Source: Gordius albopunctatus
Taxonomy: Eukaryota
Assembly (NCBI GenBank): GCA_964276515.1
Contig: OZ193909.1
Span: 4,092,001 to 4,156,000, forward strand
Reading direction: 5' to 3'
DNA length: 64,000 nt
The notes under the pieces were generated by a model that did no database searches, was not told where the DNA came from, and saw nothing but the letters and a program-made list of their open reading frames with translations. Shown here piece by piece: positions 24,329 to 38,100 of the stretch; position 1 is the stretch's first letter, and the number at the start of each line of letters is the position of its first letter. Made by a program: the position numbers and the translations under genes.

Positions 24329-25169
24329 CATCAATAGGCGACATTTTTACATACTCAGCAGATTCAAAATTTATTTAGAAAATAGTATGTCAAAACATTA
24401 ATTAAATGATTTTACATTAACAAATCATCGGAAATGCAACCCACCTCAGGTAACATCCTAGATAGACAATCGCTGGGCAAAAGAAAATTTAAATGACTAT
24501 TTCATTACAACTTTCTATCTATAAATATTATTCACCTCTTGATCATAGGTCATATATGCCTAAATATTTCTGCCGAACCCTGCCCAGTCCGATTTTATAA
24601 CTAAATTGTCGGCCTGGACCCACTTGAACCCTTCTAAGAGTCCGCCTGGCTGCTCAATTTATTAGAGCTATCCAAATTTCCAGCCTAAATGATTTTTATA
24701 TTTTTAGCAGTTATTTTGTTATATTTCGAATTTTTATTTTTGAATTATAACTACGATTAATTATAATAATTATATAATCTAAAAAAGTGACAAAATTTAA
24801 CGCGACTACACTATACTCATCGGGACAAACCAGAGACGGGAATTTAAATGGAATTAATTTATAGGACATAGCATTTTCAAAATTAATTCATCAACTACTG
24901 GGTTGGTATCCATAGCAGAATTACTAACATAAATATTATCAATACATTTAGTGTTAAAAAATCTTATTAAAGATAATTTTCAATGCCGTTATATATATTT
25001 AAAGAAAATTGCAAACGGTGGGGGAAACCAAGGTGTTAGGAATTAGGTTTTAGTGACTTGTGGCCCTAAAAATGCCATTGAATACAAAGTAAATATGATG
25101 ATAAAAATTAGCATTGTTTTTAAACCCAATACATATAAATAAAGATGATAATTTTCCATATTAAAGTTA

Positions 25170-26410
25170 TTAATCCAATTTTGTTTCAATAATAGTAGTC
25201 CAGCCACCACTAAATACGCGATTTATTAAACCATCAGTTTGTATTTTGGGCAATTTAGTATATTAAAGTTATCTGTTGGTAGGTTTAGTTGACCATATTT
25301 ATTCCACCCGCAACCATATAACTCACCAATATCTGTAATTAGTACACAATTTAATAAAAAAAATTTAAATACATGAACGATAAATTTTGTCTCAACAAAT
25401 ATAAGGTATTTTATATGCCTTTCAATAACAAAAGTTTTGATAAAAGAGTACAAAAAATATATAATTTACAAATTTTTTGATTTAAAATTTTTGTTAAAAA
25501 CCTGTTAAAGCAACTGAGTGACGAGAGCCACATGCTATTTGGGTAAAAATTGTATCCTCATCTATCACTATAGGATGAGGAATAGTTTGTATAGAATATT
25601 TTAAGTCATCATGTGGTATATCACATATATTACAATCTTTACATAGGCCTAATTGCCCACTTTCATTCCAACCCCACATATACATATCACCTGTATCTTG
25701 AATATATATAAATTTTAATAAATCATATAACTTACCTGAACTGTTACATATTAATTCAAGTAAATATTACTACCTGTTAAAGCAGAATTATGCCAACCAC
25801 CTGAGGCTATTTTAATTACATTTAATCCAGATAAAGCCTCTAACTTTTGTGGGTAATCATAGCCCTGAAAGTCACCTAATCCCAATTGCCCATGCCTTAA
25901 AAATAAATCAAAAACATAAATTGATTACTTATTACTTCCAAAACTATAAATTTCAGAATTTGTTAGTAGAAACAACACATGTTCTTTCCCACAGGAAACA
26001 TATTTAATTGATGGGAGGGTGTAGGTTACACAATTATTTGACAATAAATCAACCTTGTTTTTATAAATAAACAAAGTGCTTATGCCCAAATATTATTAGT
26101 AAGCATTAGCTTACTTATTTTCTTTAATCAATAATAAAAATTGATCTGTTGAATGTATGCTTGAAAAGTTAACAAATTTATTACAAACACTAATAGAACC
26201 GAATTCATCAACAATTATAACTTGCGACAAGTCATTAAGATATATAAATCATTTTTAAATCTAGTTAATCCTTTAATTGATTCTTTGGACTTATAATTGT
26301 AATATAATGAATTTATCACATTATCTATTATATTAAAATATTAATTTTAATAAATAAGCAATTACTTTTTAAATTTATTAGGTCATCCGTGTATATCAAT
26401 ACATTGTCAT
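25170..26410 (-). CDS. RCCD1: RCC1 domain-containing protein (RCCD1-like), multi-exon; 5' end uncertain
   Basis: Spliced RCC1 repeats: VSCGKEHVLFL..YSFGSN|KHGQLGLG..IASGGWHNSALT|..YMWGWNESGQLG..IACGSRHSVALT|..LYGCGWNKYGQL..SGGWTT. 33-nt intron at 25896-25928. Apparent 1-nt frameshift at ~25245. Confidence 0.8.
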
Positions 26411-27117
26411 AGACAATTCTATTATTAAAGTCGCACTTTAAGGCGCCAAAGCAATGATACATCTAAGCATGATTTTAATTTAAATTGCGTTTTACGTAGG
26501 CTATGGCTACACTTACCATTTTTCCTAGTATGCGCATCCATTTTCAAAAATGCTTTTCTTATAGTTAGAATTACACACACGTTTGGTAATGTGTTTGTTC
26601 AGCTAGCAAAAATAAAAATTTGTCAAACAACATGGATGAAAGATGTAAAAAACTTTTTAAGGGTGCAGCCTTAAACACTCTAAGTTTCATATTACTTATA
26701 AAAAGTAGCCAGGATTTTCTCAAGGGGGGGGGGAATTTCAAAAAAAAATTTATAGCATTTTTATTTCAACAACAAAAATATAAATTCAAAAAATATAAAA
26801 TTTGCATATAAAATAAAAAGAAATTTATTATAAAATAATTTTATATTTTCTTTTCCTCATTGAAAAAATATTAAGAAATTCCTACTCCCGATGAATTGTC
26901 AATAAAGCCAATCCATTTAATCTATTATTAGACATGGTATTTCTAATGTAAGTTTTTAGCCTCCTCAGCGTTGAGAAGCTTAGTTCATTATTACACGTTG
27001 TGATTAGAAGGCAGGCTAATAGATATAGAAGTGTCGTTATATTTGGTAGGGATTTTAATATATTATGTTCGGATAAGGCGTTTAAAGGATTCTTTGGACG
27101 AGATCCTGCTGAGATCT

Positions 27118-30100
27118 ATACCATAGACTGCCGAACAGCTGATAATTCAGAAGTAACTATTAAAGCCGCCATGCTTGTGGAAATCTTTAACTGCGTATAG
27201 AACTTAGCGTAATGTATTTTGTTCTATTTTACTACATTTTATTTTAAATTTATAAATTAAGTTACTAAATCATAAAAAAACATTTAGTAAAGAAAAAATA
27301 TAATTAAGGAAAGAGAAAACACCATTGCTTTTGAATTTGAAAAATATTTTAAGAAAAAACGAATATTTTACGATTTAGAATGATAAAGAGAAATATAAAT
27401 ATAGCGCCATCTATAATATATTTTATTTGAAGTATTAATCAAAAAAGATACAATTTTACATAAAACGATACCGGGCATCATGCAAGATTTAACAAGTAAA
27501 TATATATTAATAAATTAACTAATTGTGAATAAAAAAAATTACTGTCCCGTAAAAATAATAGTTTTATTTAATTTTTGCCTAATGTTACTTTTAAATTCTT
27601 GGTTAGAAATATTGCAAAAATTATGAAATAAAATTTTGCTATATGTATTAACTATTAATTTAACTAATAATTGTAAATGATTTAGAGAGCCTACTTCCTG
27701 ATCAACAATATGATTATTTAAAGATGAAAAAATGTTAGATCCAATTAATGAATGAAAAATCTTAATTTCTATTATAAATAAAATGCTTTTAGAAAAAAGT
27801 TTATTTTTATTTTTTAAAACTTGAAATATTAATTGGGTATATTTGCAAATCTTAATAACATCAGTGGACGGGACAATTAGTCCACCTTTGTTTTTTAAAT
27901 TAATTAATAGATAATCTAAAGATAAATGGGGTTGACAATTAATTAATGATTTGATACAAATTTTACAAGTTACTTTTTTGCGCAAAATCATTTGCCTCAC
28001 AATGTATCCACCGATATAAGAAGAAATACAGGAAATATAAGGTGAAATTAAATTGATATTTATTTCGGCGTAATTTATATCTTCTAGTTCATTCAAATCC
28101 TCATTAGGCTCGATAAAACTTGCATCAGCAATAGATGTTGCATCCTGCGGAGAAGAGTTTCCGGAGAAGGGGTAATATATTTTAGTTAAAAAAATTTTGT
28201 TTAATGCTTGACACAATTGTGTAGCCGAAGGATTGTTATTGTTATAACCTCGGGCCCTGATTAACCCAAAAAAACTTTCTAGGTGGTCTTGGGAAAGTTT
28301 ATAAGTCAATAGATACCTAAGTTTTTATAAATGGTTAGAATAAATATAATTACTTTAGAGGAGGTTCGGTCTTGACCAAAAGATCAGATGCAAGCAATTG
28401 AATTGCTTGCATATCTATTAACATCCCTAAAATTCCTATTTTTTTATTTGATTGTATAACAGGTCTTCCGTCTGGAAGGCACAAACTTCGCAAATATTTT
28501 GCACAATTAAAATAAAACTCATTTAAGTTAGCTAAGGATTCCTTGTATAAAGGCTTTTTATTGCCCTTATGCAGAGCATTCCGTGAATTAAGGGTATCAA
28601 ATAGTCTTAAAGATAAATTAGTAACAAATTAATAATCATACTGATTCATTATAAGGACAAACTCAATAGTTGCCTGGCAATCCTGGAATGAGACAGGATC
28701 TATATCCCTGGCAAATTCCATAGCATTCGCGACAGATTCTGAAAAGAGCTGTGCTGCAAGTTTTACCTTCAATAAGTTTATTTAAATGATATAAAAACCA
28801 ACCTTCATCCTTTGATTATGAAAATAGACATGCTGTTTGGTAAGCTTGTTAGCTGCTCTCATCCCTTGTTGTTGTTGTAATTGATACAACCTTACAACAA
28901 ATTTCCATTCAATTCTCTATCAAACATATATATAATTTAAATAAATATGAATAAACCTTTCCCTCATAATTTACAAGATAGTCGACTTGCTCAAATAAAT
29001 TTCTGACTAGTTTGAGCATATGGCATGCATCAAACATAAAATATATTTTTTCAGTGGTACAGGTGGGGTTTATGAAATAAGGACGCAGAGATTCAACATC
29101 AAAGGATACCTGTTGATAAATTTAGTTTTACAAAAAATCAGATATTGTATTTTAAAAAATGGTAAGCAATGAATAAAAAATTAAATGTAGTAGTGAAATT
29201 TAATTTGATATTTCAATCAACTTAAATTTAACAAACAGGAAATAAAAATATTAATCAATACATGTACTAAGAGCTTGTGTAAATAAATTGCATACCCCCA
29301 AATTTTCTGCCATCCTTTTGTTGGCTGATAGTCCGTCACAGGTCAGATTTTTGCAAATGACCCCACAATCTTTTAACAGCTCTAGTGTATCTTTTATCAG
29401 GGTTACTTGTAACTGGGCAGTGACACTACCCACAAGGAAATACCCAAGGGGTATCTTCCAGTGGCCATTAATGGCAACTGCCATTATAAATAAAGCACTT
29501 TTGGCTTCTGGGAGCAAATTTGATGGTATCCCCTGGCCTACGTCCACACACCTAAAACATATTTAAAAAAAAAATTTAACTCCTTGATACCCTTCAAAGC
29601 CTTTTTTATAATCTAGATGGCGTCTGATGGCCATTTCATCTAATGTCAGGGAAATATATAGTTGATATGTTACATTGTCTTGTAAATCTTTTAATATATT
29701 AAAAGCTTCTTTTAAAAACCCTGAAAATAAAATATATAGATTTTGAAAAAAATTGTTAACATATATTATAAGCATTCTACACATAAAAGATATTTAAAAT
29801 GTATATGTACCTGGCTTTATGTTGTCATTTACACACCATTTTCTAATAGAGCTCTCCGTTGGCATACAAATGACACTCCGAATATACTTGTAGGCTTGAG
29901 GTGAGTAGTAATGAAGGGTTATTGCGAATCTTTTCATTTCTTCAGAATAAGCTTTGTTTAAGGGATTATAAACACCACCAGATTTCAAGTGTGTATTTAG
30001 TATTGAAGTCAGAGGAGTATCACCAAAATAATTGGTAATAATATCACCCCCTTCTCCTGGAATTAATGCTTTGCTCTCAAGATGAGCAGCCAAATCTTTA

Positions 30101-31060
30101 AGAGTCTTGAGTTTCTTTAATTGGCGATAATTCTTATTTTTTAGAGTTTTCACAGTTCTTTTTAAATACTTTATAAGCATGTCCCTTCTCCTTTCTTTCT
30201 TAAAACTCATTGCATATGAATGATCTTGCATTACTAAAATAAATTTTAATGAAAATTTACAAATTAAAATTACTTGTATTTAATGTTTTGCTCATTATCT
30301 TGGGGAAGATATTTAAGATCTAAATTTATGATTTTATTATATGTTTATATATTATAACGATAATATACAGTTTATAAAATAACAGGAAAAAAATATGATA
30401 ATGTATCTAATTATTTACTTGCTTTGGGGGAACATTTGTTACATCTGTTAATCCTGATGACTGATCTAGTTGAATTTAATTCTGATTTAATATTTACCTT
30501 GAATAAATTTTGGGATGGCTCGGTATTTCCTTGATCTAGAGACTGATTCAATAAAGTCTGGCATAGCTCAGTATTTCCACGATCAAGAGACTGTTATAGT
30601 TAAATTGTATTAAGATTTAATAATTACTTCTAACAAATACAGAGATGGCACCGATGGCACAATATTTTCTTTGAGATAATTTTTACTTCTATTTTTAATA
30701 AAATCCTGGGGTTGAAAGTGCTTACTGCATATACTTGAATGTTGTTTCAATTTAAATTTAGGGCCCATCAATTTAATCCATTTGGACAAAATCTCTGGAT
30801 CTTTTGGAAATCTAAAAATATACATAAATTTATTTATAATTACTTATGAAATGACAGACTTTTGCTATTTTCTTTGTTAAGGTAAGATATGCAGTTCTTT
30901 ACTGAGCAAGACCTCATATTCCTAAAAAATTTGTTTTAAATTTATCAATTTTAATTTTACCTTAATTTCAAGAATTTCCTCTTGGGCGACTTCCTAGGTT
31001 ACTTTTTTATATTAATGTAAAAAACAGCTGTTCGGCAGTCTATGGTATTATTAGTCTATG
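27118..31060 (-). mobile_element. P-element superfamily DNA transposon
   Basis: 24-bp perfect inverted repeat (27118-27141 and 31025-31048); the right end extends to a CATAGAC-type terminus at 31060. Encloses a THAP transposase and interrupts the hAT ORF. Confidence 0.88.
27539..30917 (-). CDS. THAP-domain P-element transposase (THAP9-like), multi-exon
   Basis: ATG at 30917: MRSCSVKNC..SFH|FPKDP..W..ICSKHF (THAP). FAITLHYYSPQAY, DEMAIR, WKIPLGYF, TCDG, FDACHMLKLVRN, MK|VKLAAQLFS and YLLTYKLSQDHLE. GT-AG introns of 32-38 nt (e.g. 30812-30843, 29552-29589, 28767-28802). Confidence 0.88.
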
Positions 31061-33638
31061 GGCAATATACCAGATATTGAATTCTGCTATGAGATCTTCA
31101 TTACTCCCTTGGAGATCATTTGCATAAAACTCCGATAGAAAATTTATTTTTAATCGCGTTACTGGTGAAACAATAAAGGAATTTCGGGGAAATAAAATTT
31201 CGAAATTTTCCAAAACTAGTTTCTTGTCCAGAGACCGTTTATTCAATTTGGTAACAAAAATATCGTGTAATGGTATAAATACAGTAATTTTGTAGTATTC
31301 TTGAATGAATTCAGTATTAATGTTACTTCTACAAGTTTGTTTTTTTGCAAACCGAGGATTTTTGAGCTCGAAATCATACAACTTGGCCTTGTCTTCAGCG
31401 ACTAAAAAAACTTGTTGAAACTCTTCATCAACGTTGTTTCTGATTAATTTAATTTGATCTACTAAAGTCTCCGCCAACTGTGTAACTTGTTGAAGATCCA
31501 AGTCACTTTTTTGCAATTGCTTGCATAAAATAGATGTGTAGCCAAATAGTTTATTCATGCATAAAAGGGAAATTAAATATTCTGACTGCCGTAGAGAAGT
31601 GAGCAACGTTGCATCTTCTGTTGCAACAGCGTGGTCATAACAGGTTGAAATTTTTTCCAATGCCGGATATATGCCATCTTGAAATAAAATATGGGTGGAA
31701 ACGGCATCGTACCGTGATGCCCAGCGGGTCGCACACACTTGCTTTAATTTTTCTATAGGAGGTTTGTCTTCCAATTTTGACAACATTTCAATAAGAACCT
31801 GACGACGTTTCGGATATTTAAAAACATCGTAAACTTTAGGAACAATCCCTATTAAAAAAATATATTTTAAATATAATCTATATATTACCCATGCAATTCC
31901 GTATAGTGGGAATGGTGCAGGCATCTGATAGAGCTAAATTTAACGAATGTGAGGCACAATGAACATACAATGCCGTTGGGTATGTTTTCATTATGCATGC
32001 TTGAACACCGTTAAACTTCCCGCTCATATTCCGGGCCCCATCACAGCCCTGACCTCTTAACAAATTTATATTAATATTTATATCCTTTATGTTTTTGATA
32101 ATTAAATCTCCTAGCCCCTTTCCTGTTGTGTCAATAACTGGGATAAATTGCAAAAAATTTTCTTTTATGGCTAACGTTGAAGTATAAATATAACGGGCGC
32201 AAAGGGACATTTGCTCTACCCCTGCAATATCCATAGATTCATCACAGAGAATCGTGAAAAGGGAGATTTGTTAATTTCATTGACTAATTTATTGAGGATT
32301 AATTCATTACAAATGGTTATAACCTCATTTTGAAAATGAGGACTTAGGTAAAGGGCATTTTTCAAAAAGTCTGAAAGTACTGGGTCCCCATTAGCCCAGT
32401 ATCTTAAGAGGGCCCTAAAATTACCGGAATTATTATTTTGTACATCAGATTTAATAGGTCCAGAATCTTTATGGCCTCTTAAGGCCAATCCTTGAATCCC
32501 CAATGTCAAAATAGTATCAATGATGGGAGCTCTCTTTAATCGATTTTCTTTAGCTTGCGTTTTGCGCTGGGAGTCCAATTGAGTTATGATACAAAGCTTT
32601 TTCCCATCTCTAATTGATTTTAAAGATATGGCTGTCTGTATTGAGTCTATGTGATATGAATTTTTTTCGTGTAAATTAAAAATTTCCGTAGCATCTTTCC
32701 ATCTTCTGAATGGTTCAGAAACTAGCCCCTTCAACTTTTGTTGCCCCTTTCCACCAAATTTTAGGCGAAAAAGTACGCATGTTTTACAGAATACCCCATT
32801 TTCATTTGGCGAATAGACAAGCCAGCTCCATTTCTGAAACCAGGAGTATTGAAATTTTAATTTTTTAGAGTGCTATCACGAGGAAAATTGAACAAAATGG
32901 TTTGATAAATCTTATCCTCTTCAATATTTTTATTATTTACATATAAACTTATGTCATAGGGGAAAGGGTCGTTTGAATCTAAATTTAATTATTTAAAAAG
33001 ATTTAAAATACAAAATCGACTTTTCATAAACTTAGAAAATATGTATAATTATAAATACCATTTGGTTTGATTATTAAAGGTAAAATGCCAGTCTCAATAG
33101 TATCTTGTGATAAATTATGTTGGCTAACTTCTATAAGTATAAAATACATAAATAATATAATAAAAAAAGTCTTTAAGAAATTATAGATTAAACTAACATG
33201 ATTTATTTTTATAAATATAAATAAATTTTCACAAAAATAATATATAGCGGAAAATTTCATTTTTTAAATTTTTTTTATCAAATGTATAAATAGAAAGAGC
33301 ATTAAATTATTATCACTTAATAATAACAACATAAATCATTATAATTAATTATTCTTAATCTTAGAATAACAAATTACCAGCTATGGTGTCGGAAGATTTT
33401 TGGGGAAATAATCGTGAATTTTCATTTTGCAAGTGAACAATTGAAAAAGGAAAAAGACAATAATGGTTCATAGTTTTTTGGTCGAAATTTAATTCAAAAA
33501 CGGAAAATAATATTTACTTAATTTATAATTAAAAATAAATTAATAAGTGTTTTACTTAGTCATTTATTGTAACAATAAAATAAAAACTTTGAATCTAAAA
33601 AGTTTTTATAATTTTTGCCAAGGGGAGGGGGAATACTT

Positions 33639-33860
33639 AATATATTCAATACTAAATTATATAATTAATAAATACAAGTTAGTTTAGTAAAGGGTGGTAT
33701 ATAATTAAGTGTATATAATAAAATATATGTAATAATATAAAAGCAATTTCTACATATTTAATATATTAAATACTAAATTATATAATTAACTAATACACAT
33801 AATTTGGTATGGGATAGGTATAATTAAGCAATATATAATAAATTTAGGTATTATATAAAC
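33639..33860. repeat. Diverged AT-rich tandem duplication, period ~121 bp
   Basis: atactaaattatataattaa..tataattaag..atataata occurs twice. Confidence 0.6.
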
Positions 33861-35168
33861 GATATCATCCGAGTGCTATCTCATGCCTCTAGATTCTTGT
33901 TTACAAGTTAATTAATGGAATATTTAAAATGGTAATTGATATAGTTTGAAAGTATAATCTCAGCTTAAACACATAAAAGATTTGCTAAAGTTTTTTTCTA
34001 CTTTAATAGAAAACATATTAAATTTTAAAAGGGCAATCTCTCTAGCCATTAGATTATAGAAGATATTCTTACAATTTATGATGCTATATAACTTAATTAG
34101 GTCCTTAAAGATTGTAAAGGGATCATTAATATGATTAGTATCAATGTGCATGTGAATCTATGATCATTTTTATTAAGTTTTTGCTATTATTTTAAAGAAA
34201 ATTTATTTATCCCTGAATCACTAACTATATCTATTTTATTTTTATCTACCTCAACTAATGTTTACTTATTGATGTACTGTTATATTGATATATAAGATGA
34301 TTGATGGATGAAACTCTTACATCAATTTTTACATTTAATGCTTACAAAAGAGCCTAGAAAAAAAATGCTTTAAAATCTTCTTGTTTTAAAAAGGTATTAT
34401 TAGAAAATATTATAGAAGGTTGTGAAAATCTGGTAACTATCCATAAACTTTTTAAGAATGTTAAAAATTTTATTTTTTACCAAACTTAATTTCAAGAAAT
34501 ATCAATAATTTAGACTTTATAGCATTTCAAACTTTAAACTCTTATCTCAGCTCAGTATTTTGTGCAATCTTTTGCCAGAGATTTTAAATTAAAAGTTTCA
34601 CATTTAAAAAGTAGTACTTTTGCAAATCCCAATTTATTTTAAGACTTTCATATGTCTATGCTGACTATATTGCTACTTAACATACATTGTAGACTTTTAT
34701 TTGGTATAACTATTGTCAGTATAATGACTTGACTTGTGTCTCATTCATGTAAAATATTAGAAATACTAGGCAAATTTATAATAAGGCAAGGATATGCCAT
34801 TCAGACTATGAAGCTGTTGAAGGGCAAGAGGCCTCTTTTGACTTGTCATATATAGGCATGAGGAGTAATACAAGAGTACTCCCCCTTTTTGGGGCCTAAG
34901 ATATTCTGGGCAAGCCATTAGGTTAATAAATATAAATTAATTGAATCTTAGATAAAAATACATATTTTGTGAAGATGAATAGAATAAATGAAAAAAAATA
35001 AGTAGTATAAATATAAAGAAAAACCTCTGTCCATTTGAAACATCCATAATTTGTGGATTATCAGTAGGTATCAAACAGCTTTCTTTGATTTTTAGGAGTG
35101 GCCACATTTTGCTGATATAAAAAAGATCACAAAAATTCAAGACTACAATACTTTGTGGCTGTCCTTGC

Positions 35169-38100
35169 CTAACTAAAACTGTAGGCAGTATTCTCCGATA
35201 GTTGGTAGAAACACCTATTGACTATCTCTTTAGTTTCCATAACTTTATTGACTTGTCCATTCCACGTGACACGGGGTCGTCCTCTTCCTCTCTTCCCCGG
35301 TACCTCCATTTCCAGTACATTTCTATTTACGTCATCCGTATCCCTCCTTAGTATATGCCCATTACACCTTAGCCGATTTTCGTTAATCATGTCCGCCATA
35401 AATTGAATACTTATTTTTGTCAAGAGAGAGTCATTCATCATATGGTCGAGTTTAGTATACCCCAAGCTCCACCGTATCATTCTCATCTCCGTGGCTTGTA
35501 ATAGCTTTCCTTCCGTGGTGCTTGATGCCCATGTTTCACTTCCATAGAGTAACACCGGTCTTACGATAGATTTGTAAGCTTTGCACTTCAACCATATTAA
35601 CATTTTCTTGTCGCAAATTACACCGGATATACTTCGCCATTTAAGCCATCCTTTTTGGATCCGGGAAACAGACGCGCATGGTGCAGTTGCAGTATACAAC
35701 ATCTCCTACCCCCTTAAGTTATTCCATATCTTTCTATAGGTTTTCGGATTCGTGTAGATCGCCGGACCGTTATTTCGGGTGAGGGTATAGGTGAATGAGG
35801 GGAGTCCATACGAGGGGGTAGAGGTGAGGGCAGGGGTGGAATGAAAACTAGCATATTATCGCTAGCTTCATCATGTGGTAGGTTAGGCTGTTGCGGGATG
35901 GTGGCGTCAAGTAAATCACTGTGTTCATGTTGTGGTAGATCACCCGGTATTGCGTGTGAAATGTCAGCCCATCGATCCTCATCCTTTAGCGTGTTTGCGT
36001 CATCTAAAGATTTTCTAATATGATCACCATGTATCTTCCATAATGCTCCATTATCCATTTCTACCATGTACGATACAGGGCCTAAGATTTTTACTATTTT
36101 TCCCGTTGCCCATAATTTATCATTAGTTGTGAAAGTTCTAACCCACACTCTATCTCCAATTATAAATTTCCGTTTGATGGGTGCCAACTCGTCTTTGTCA
36201 AGACCAGTTACATGTGGGTTGAGTAAATTCAATGGACCGATTGGTTGTATTTTGATTAATAGATTGGCTGGAGTTAATCCAGTTGTTGGGTGAATGGTAT
36301 TCCTATAAGAAAACAGAAAGTTATATAATTTATCGTTTTTAAAATTTTTAGTTTTGTTCAAGAACTCCTTAAATGTTCGAACAAAACGTTCAGCTTCTCC
36401 GTTGGATCGAGGATGATACGGGCTGGAATATGCGTTACGAATTTTATTTGTTTTGCAGTATGTTTTAAATTCGGTGTTTGTAAATTGAGGCCCATTGTCT
36501 GTAGCCAAGGTGCTAGGTACTCCGAACCTCGAGAAAATAGCTTCGAGAGCGTTAATAGTGCTTGATGTTGTTATCGTTGTCATAGGGATCACCTCGGGCC
36601 ATTTACTGTAGGCGTCAATTACAATTAGGTAATAATACCCATTAATTGGACCGCAAAAATCGGCATGTAATCTAGATCATGGTTTTCCCGGGTTTTCCCA
36701 TTTTTGCGTTGCTAATTCGGTTGTGCCAGTAAACCATTGTTGACAATCCGAACAGTTTTGAACATAACCTTCTATATCTTCATCAATACCTGGATACCAG
36801 AGATGTTGACGAGCCAAAATCTTTGAACGACTCATGCCTGGGTGTCCTAAGTGGATTCGTTTCAAAATGGTTTGCCTTAATCCTTGAGGAATAATAATTC
36901 TGTATCCCCAAAATATGCAACCTTTTAAGGTGGTGAGTTCTCTTTGCCGTTGTTGGTAAACTACTAGATCTGGAGTAACTTTTTTCGGCCAGCCATGGAG
37001 TATATAGTTATAGACTTGTCCCAGGATAGGATCTTTACGAGTATGACGCTCTATGTCGGCGGATGTAATGGGGAAAAGTTGGAATGGTTCTTCATAAATG
37101 GTGTGTATATCATCTTCTTCTCCTTGTTCTAGCGTTTCTTCAGATTGTATCGGAAGCCTGGATAACATATCAGCTTGTGTATTTTCCTTGCCAATTTTGT
37201 ATTTTATGGTATAATGATAAGGTGTTGTTAACAAGGTCCATTTCTGAAGTCTTGCTGACATGCCTTGTGATATATTTTTATTCGGGTTGAATATTGATAT
37301 TAATGGTTTGTGATCTGTAAGTAAGGTAAAATGGAGGCCATATAAATATTCCTTAAATTTATTAAAAGCATAAATGATGGCTAAAGCTTCTTTTTCAATT
37401 TGGCTATAATTTCTTTCACCAGCGTTAAGGGTGCGGGACGCAAAAGCAATAGGGTGCTGATAACCTTTAATTTCGTGGGAAAGTACTGCGCCGAGTCCCT
37501 CAGATGAAGCATCCGTTGAGAGTATTAGCGGTAACTCGGGGTCAAAATGTTTTAATATCGGCGCCTTGATAATGGCTTTTTTAATGTCATTGAATGCATT
37601 TGTACAGTCTATGGACCAATTCCAAGCTACTGTTTTCCTTAGCAGTTTATAAAGAGGTTGTGCTAAAAAAGAGAAATTTTTTATGAATTTCGCGTAGTAT
37701 GTTCCCATACCTAAAAAAGATTGTAATTCTTTTATTTTAGTTGGGGCTGGTGCTGCTAAAATTGCTTTAGTATTCTTGTCAGTGGTAAAAATTCCGTCTT
37801 TACTAATGGTATGTCCTAAATATTCCACTTTTTTTTCCAAAAATTTACACTTGCCTAATTTTAGTTTTAGGCCTGACTTTTCCAATTCTTTAAAAACCTT
37901 TTCCAATTTTTTATTATGGTCCTCTACTGTCTTACCAGCTATCATAATGTCATCTAGGTAAACTACTATTCCCTTATTATTTCTAAATAATGAATCCATA
38001 AATCTTTGAAAAATAGCAGGGGCCGAGGCTATGCCAAAAGGTAATTTAGTATATTTAAAAAGGCCCCTATGCGTATTAATTGCTAACAGATTTTGAGAAT

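Larger units (their letters stand above)
26700..33000 (-). mobile_element. hAT (Tip100/ZMYM1-like) transposon, split by a P-element insertion; outer boundaries approximate
   Basis: Transposase motifs GLALRGH, NFRALL, YVHCASHSLNL and TRWASR (31061-32900). The C-terminal dimerisation domain ELSFSTLRRLKTYIRNTMSNNRLNGLALLTIHRE is found separately at 26885-27117. Terminal-like motif tagccaggattttctcaagggggggg at ~26706. Confidence 0.85.

Noticed and set aside
33900..34700. Possible decayed RT/Penelope-like coding remnant
   Set aside because: No convincing motif in any frame I read.
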